Origin: Felis catus
Lineage: Eukaryota
Reading direction: 5' to 3'
NCBI RefSeq assembly: GCF_018350175.1
Contig: NC_058368.1
Span: 190,404,001-190,468,000, forward strand
Length of the DNA: 64,000 nucleotides
Positions 59,241 through 64,000 of this stretch are shown piece after piece. Within the stretch, counting starts at the first letter, position 1. Each line of letters starts with the position of its first letter. The notes beneath the pieces are model-generated. The model worked only from the letters and a program-made list of their open reading frames with translations. It did no database searches and had not been told where the DNA came from. A program made the translations under genes and the position numbers.

Positions 59241-59879
59241 AAAACATATCTGTTTGATTTGATTCCTCCTCTAACTGGTTCTGTGGTCTTGGATAGATCA
59301 CTGAAGCTATAGAGTCCAGAGGTCTATCATCTCACCCAAGCCTTATAGTCTGGTTCATGAGCTATCTTTTATGCTCTTCATCATTAGGTGATGAAGACTT
59401 CACTAAAAACTGGTAGAACTGGGTCTTGACCTTGGGCTTGTTTGTTACCTGAGCATGTCCTGTGCTTCCTCTATTGAATTCTTCTTTCCTTGTCTAGTAA
59501 ATTCTAATGGTGATTTTGTCTTATGTGATGGTTGATTGCTTTTGTTTGCCAGTTATCAGAGTAAAGGGGCTAAAGTTCCAGGTGATGGAGAACCAGGTGA
59601 ACCAGGTAAAGGGAGCAGAGCCCATTTCCAGTCTAACTTTTCTTTGGCCCCTATGAGGAGTCCATGTTTAAATAGAAGCCAATGAGGTGAGTTCATTGCA
59701 TTTTACTACAAGCTGCACAGGAGTGGGAAGGACTGTACCTCATTCACAGCTTACACATGCACATACACACAAGCACATGCATGGATGCTAACACACAGGG
59801 TAGGAAATCCTTTGATACGTATGGACAAAGGAATACAGGTGCAACCTCACTATCAGTCCACACATTTCCACATACACTG

Positions 59880-60073
59880 GTGGTCAGGAGAAAGAGCTCA
59901 GCACATTTTATCATACATCTCTTGAGGGAGACTATTCAGGAGGGAGGAAAGGGAAGGTTATGAGGCAGAAAGAGAAATGAAACTAAAAGGTCCTGCCCTG
60001 TCAGCACTAACCAGAGTATAAGAAATGGACTTTGGACAGACAGACTGACTCCTGGGGCCTGCCAACAGTCAAA
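59880..60073 (+). promoter_or_regulatory. TIMD4 proximal promoter and 5' UTR
   Basis: Non-repetitive DNA directly 5' of the ATG. IRF-like AGAAATGAAACT 59973-59984, MAF half-sites TCAGCA at 59898 and 60001, TATAAG at 60017. Confidence 0.6.
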
Positions 60074-60131
60074 ATGTCCAAAGGGCCTCTTATTCTCTGG
60101 CTGCTGATTGAACTTGGGCGGCTTTCTCTGA
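60074..60131 (+). CDS. TIMD4: TIMD4 (TIM-4) first coding exon: signal peptide MSKGPLILWLLIELGRLSL; gene continues beyond the window
   Basis: GTCAAAATGTCC start, 58-nt phase-1 exon, donor TGA|GTAAGT. Resembles the human TIM-4 N-terminus MSKEPLILWLMIEFWWLYL (recalled). Syntenic position downstream of HAVCR1. Confidence 0.92.
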
Positions 60132-63100
60132 GTAAGTGTTCTGAATCCTTCCATGCAGGAGTCCCTGGAGAGCTTGGCATCCTGTGATAGATTTTCACAG
60201 CCGATCAGGCCTCAGTAGAGCAGAAGCCTGCTTCATTCTTGATTCCTTCCAGATTTTTTTCTTTGGAGGGTCTCTGCCTTTCTAGTTACATAGGGTTTTA
60301 TCCTGAGACTGGTTTTAGAGTTTTACAGTGGGCTAATTTGTATTCAAATCAGAAATGACAACTTAAGAAGAAACACAAAATAAAGGGTCAGATGAAATGG
60401 GGAAAAGAAATTTCCTCTGCAGGTGTTATTAGCATAGTTGGAGCCAGGGGAATTCTTCTGCAGAGCTCTTATTATAATTTGTATTTTCCTCTTTATTTTC
60501 AGTGGTTTTGGTTTGCTTTTTGTTTGTCTTCTTTTGCTGGGTATGACGCTTCATCCCTCGCCAGAAGGTGAGGTTTGTTGTGTCCAAGTTTTGGGTGATG
60601 CAAGTGTACACACTCATTCTGGGCCAGTTTAGACTTCTGTGTCCTGGCAGCCTTGGGCAAAATGCTCCTCACTGAGCTGCAGTGGTCTCAGTCACTAGTC
60701 ATTAACAATGGAAACATGTCTAAATTGCTCTGGCTCTTCTATGTATGAAATGAGGGAGCCAGATAAGACCAGTTTGAACAATCCATGATTCTAGAACTAG
60801 ACAGTATCTAATATCCCTAGCAGTTTTCAAAGTTAGTAGCTATTTGCAAATGATCTCTCAAGTGTGCTGCCCGCAAAAGCACTTCCATTCCAAGGAAAAC
60901 AAATGTGTTCTCTCTACCCTTCAAACCTTTGCCATGCTGTTTTTCATCCTGCCTTTCTTTTCTCGGTAACTACATGCATTATCAGGTCTCCACCCAAGTC
61001 AGGCTTTTCCTGAGCACTCTGAGCCTCTGGATGGGGTGAGGTGTTTCTGCTATGAATTCCTATCTTCCATGAAGTCATCCATCAGAGAACTTGTCACCCT
61101 GTAGTAATTGATCATTTAACTGCCTCTCTTCCTAGATACTCTGTAGGAATTAATGGAATGAAGGCAATCCCTGTCACTTTCTTTATCAGTATTTTCAGTG
61201 GTCTTTATCTTGTCCTGAGTAGTTGAGGTGTGGAGGTTTACATTGTGTTGAAGGTTGCTGGAGTCTATGTTCCCACTCCTGGCTGGACACTGATGGGGTA
61301 GGCTTCTCCAATCCTATATGAAGGAAGCAGCACCTAGAGAACTGTCTTTTGTTCATTTTTCATTTGTACTTTTTCTAAAATCACCAATTTAGAAGAGAGT
61401 GATTGCTCAGAATCAGCAAGGATCAATCAGGACTGGATATGCTCTTAAAAGATGCAGAATGAAACCCTTTCCTCAGTAAATAGTGAAAATGAGACCCTGA
61501 CTGGGGAAGGGGCCTTTCCTGAGGTCACCACCTGGAGAAGGAACAAAGCTGGCAACAGAACCTAGGTTGTACCTACAGTCCTAGGTAATTCCCAAAAAGG
61601 GAATTTGATTATCAGTGATTCTTCTGCTCCAAGATACTTTTGTACCAGCAGGGAAGAGCTTCTTGTCCTATTTCTAAATTCTGAAATGCTTGGTTACTTG
61701 TACTAATACTTTATTAATTTCATGTGGCATTTGATACTTCATTGCATATAAACCTTCGAAATACTTCTGAAGCAAGTATTATATATCCCCTTTGCTTTCA
61801 ATGATAATGAGGTCAGGATTATTGTGGCTTTCCCCAAGAACACAAAAGCAGTAACTAGCAGAATGAAGTTTACACTGTAGCCTAATGGGTGTTTTCCTGC
61901 CACACCAAATTGCCTGCTTCCTTTTTTTAAATATTAATTTTTAATCCAGTCAGTAATACAGAAACTTGTGAAACAGGTGAAAAAAATAACAGCATCATAA
62001 AGCTAAAATCCCTTTGACTACTCCCTCCTTCTCCAGTTCCTTTCCTCCGATGGCAAAGGCAACTGGAACAGTGAGTTGGGTGTATATCCCACCAGACACT
62101 TTTCTATGCATATACCTTCATATGTCTGTGCCCACAGACAAAAAAAAAATGCAAACTGTTTTATTTGTTTTATAAGATGGTTTTGTATTTTATGTGTTGT
62201 TTTGAATTTGTCCTTTTCATACATTAATAAGGCTTGGAGTTTTCATGTCAACTGATAAAGATTTACTTCTAATAACCTTGGAATGATTGCATGGAATGAA
62301 TGATTCACTATGTTTACTGTGAATGCATATGCCATAGTTTTGCTGTTCCCCACATACATTGTTCACTTCATTCACATATATATGAAAGCTGCAGCAAACT
62401 TTCGCAAACAGATTTCCCTGTGCACATGTCTTTTTGTAGGGTAGATAACAAAGCACGGAATTGCTAAGGCTTAGCTAGGATACACGCATGCTCAATATTA
62501 ATGGAAACTGCCAAATTGCCTCACAGTGTGGCTATACCAATTAAACTCCCATTTCATTCCAGTGTACTCCAATAGTCTATGTCATTTCCTGAGTCCCTGT
62601 CTGGCCAACTTTGATATTATTGGCATTCTAAATTTTTGCCAGTCTTACAGATGAAATTTACTGGCTTCTTGTATTTCTTTATCTATGCCTGTTATGTCTT
62701 CTGTCAATGTTTATATTGGGTGTTTTCTTACTGAGTAGTAGGATGCCTCTTTCTATAGTATGATACTGGAAAAACAAACTAATCTCCAGCAGAAATAATT
62801 CCTGCATATATTTTTAATTAATTTTCCAAACATTCATAGGAATAAGCTCATATTGAGAAAGTTGCTAGTTTTAGGTGCATATGTTCTGTTGGTAATAGAG
62901 CTGAAGGTGATGACAATGAATTTCTTATGTATTTATTTTTCCTTGTTTCATGGTAGGCTAAATGGACTTCTAGAGCATTTATGGTCACTGAAACATTCCT
63001 ACTACAATGAAATGAATAAACTGTGATTTCAGGGTCTGAAATTTCAGGGCGTGTCTGAATTTGGTTTGTGCTTACCTTATTTTAGAGAGGGTTATGGGGA

Positions 63101-63429
63101 CATTCCTGATACCTGGGTCAGAGAGGAACCTGGTACTCTTGGCCATGTGCTATACAACTTAGCCCAATGGGCCAACAAAGTCAGTGAATGTAGAATCTCA
63201 CAGGAAGGTACCTTGGAGAAAACAAAGCAGGACCTACGTACCCTAGAGAAAGCAGGTGGAGTCCTGATGATCTGGAGCTTCAGCCTGTCTTCAGTAGCAT
63301 TTTTTGGGAGTGGAGGGTTAGAACCAGCAATCATTAGAACAATTGTTGATGCTCAATTAACCCAGTGGGCTTAACATTTGCAGCAGTGAAAATGTTTCGC
63401 AGATTCTTAGCGATGGAAGTAATCTTAGA

Positions 63430-63600
63430 AGAGCTTGTCCACTGGTCCTCAAATCCTGGGTGACTAGCAAGTGATATCAGAATGACCTGGAGAATTTCCA
63501 TGGGCCTTGGCTTCAAAAATTCTGATTCAGGGTTGGGCAATAAAATTTGCACTTTCAACACCTTCCCCAGGTCATGCTGATGAGCAGGCAAAGCTGGGAA
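63430..63600. mobile_element. MER5-like hAT remnant in TIMD4 intron 1
   Basis: CTGGTCCTCAAA...ATCAGAATGACCTGGAG...TTCTGATTCAG...TTTGCACTTTCAACA..TTCCCCAGGT pattern. Confidence 0.65.
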
Positions 63601-64000
63601 ATAGGACTGCTTCATTTCAGAAATAGCGATACCTTCCATCTCACACAACTAATACAGTAAAACTAACCCTTGGCATTTTTCTATGCATAGGTGCCATTCT
63701 TTCTAATTCTTGTGGTTCTTTCCAGCTTTAACATTAAAAAAGTGTTCAAACTCCACCTAACTTCATGTTCTCTAGCAACAAATAAATGGTCCAGAGCAAT
63801 CAATTTCTAGATCCAGTACTGAAAGGAGAGAAGGACAATGGAACGTAGTTCAATAGCCTATCTTACTGCCACAGCATTCTCTGGGTTTGAAAATGGAGGG
63901 AGTCCCAAGCAGTCAGGTCAGCAGTACATGGCCACTGTTTATTGAGGATACACTGGGTAGAGTGCTAGTTCTGGATGTGTTTACATGAGTTAGTGGAATT

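Noticed and set aside
23000..59800. Extra TIM paralogue or pseudogene between HAVCR1 and TIMD4
   Set aside because: No IgV-like (CCR, WFND, CWG) or TM-tail exon is visible by eye or in the ORF track. A tBLASTn with TIM-1/3/4 would be needed to exclude very decayed remnants.
62925..63025. Possible alternative terminal exon in TIMD4 intron 1 (pyrimidine tract, TAG, then AATAAA)
   Set aside because: Splicing from exon 1 would read AGC TAA and stop at once; such motifs are common by chance.

Overview
Mammalian genomic DNA, almost certainly from a cat (felid), judged from the felid-type CAN-SINEs and carnivore L1 3' ends. The window covers part of the TIM gene cluster. HAVCR1 (TIM-1/KIM-1) is complete on the + strand: 8 coding exons from 2988 to 22606, with GT-AG boundaries and consistent phases, giving an 894-nt CDS (297 aa). 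The protein has a signal peptide, a six-cysteine IgV domain with the WFND phosphatidylserine-binding motif, a very short mucin region, one TM helix and an RAEDNIY tail. A ~37 kb repeat-rich intergenic interval follows, then the promoter and first coding exon of TIMD4 (60074-60131, + strand); the rest of TIMD4 lies beyond the window. Nearly all other ORFs in the track are L1, SINE or microsatellite artefacts. I found no support for a wholly new biological system. The best leads are: in-frame skippable mucin exons; a TM-exon-skip route to a secreted, NMD-escaping KIM-1, next to a young sense L1; an unpaired stalk cysteine; a PU.1/IRF/MAF motif cluster at ~43.2-43.5 kb; and an inverted L1 that appears to have captured its own 5' tip. 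Comparisons with human sequence and repeat consensus sequences are from memory and need alignment. Repeat boundaries are approximate unless target-site duplications (TSDs) are quoted.
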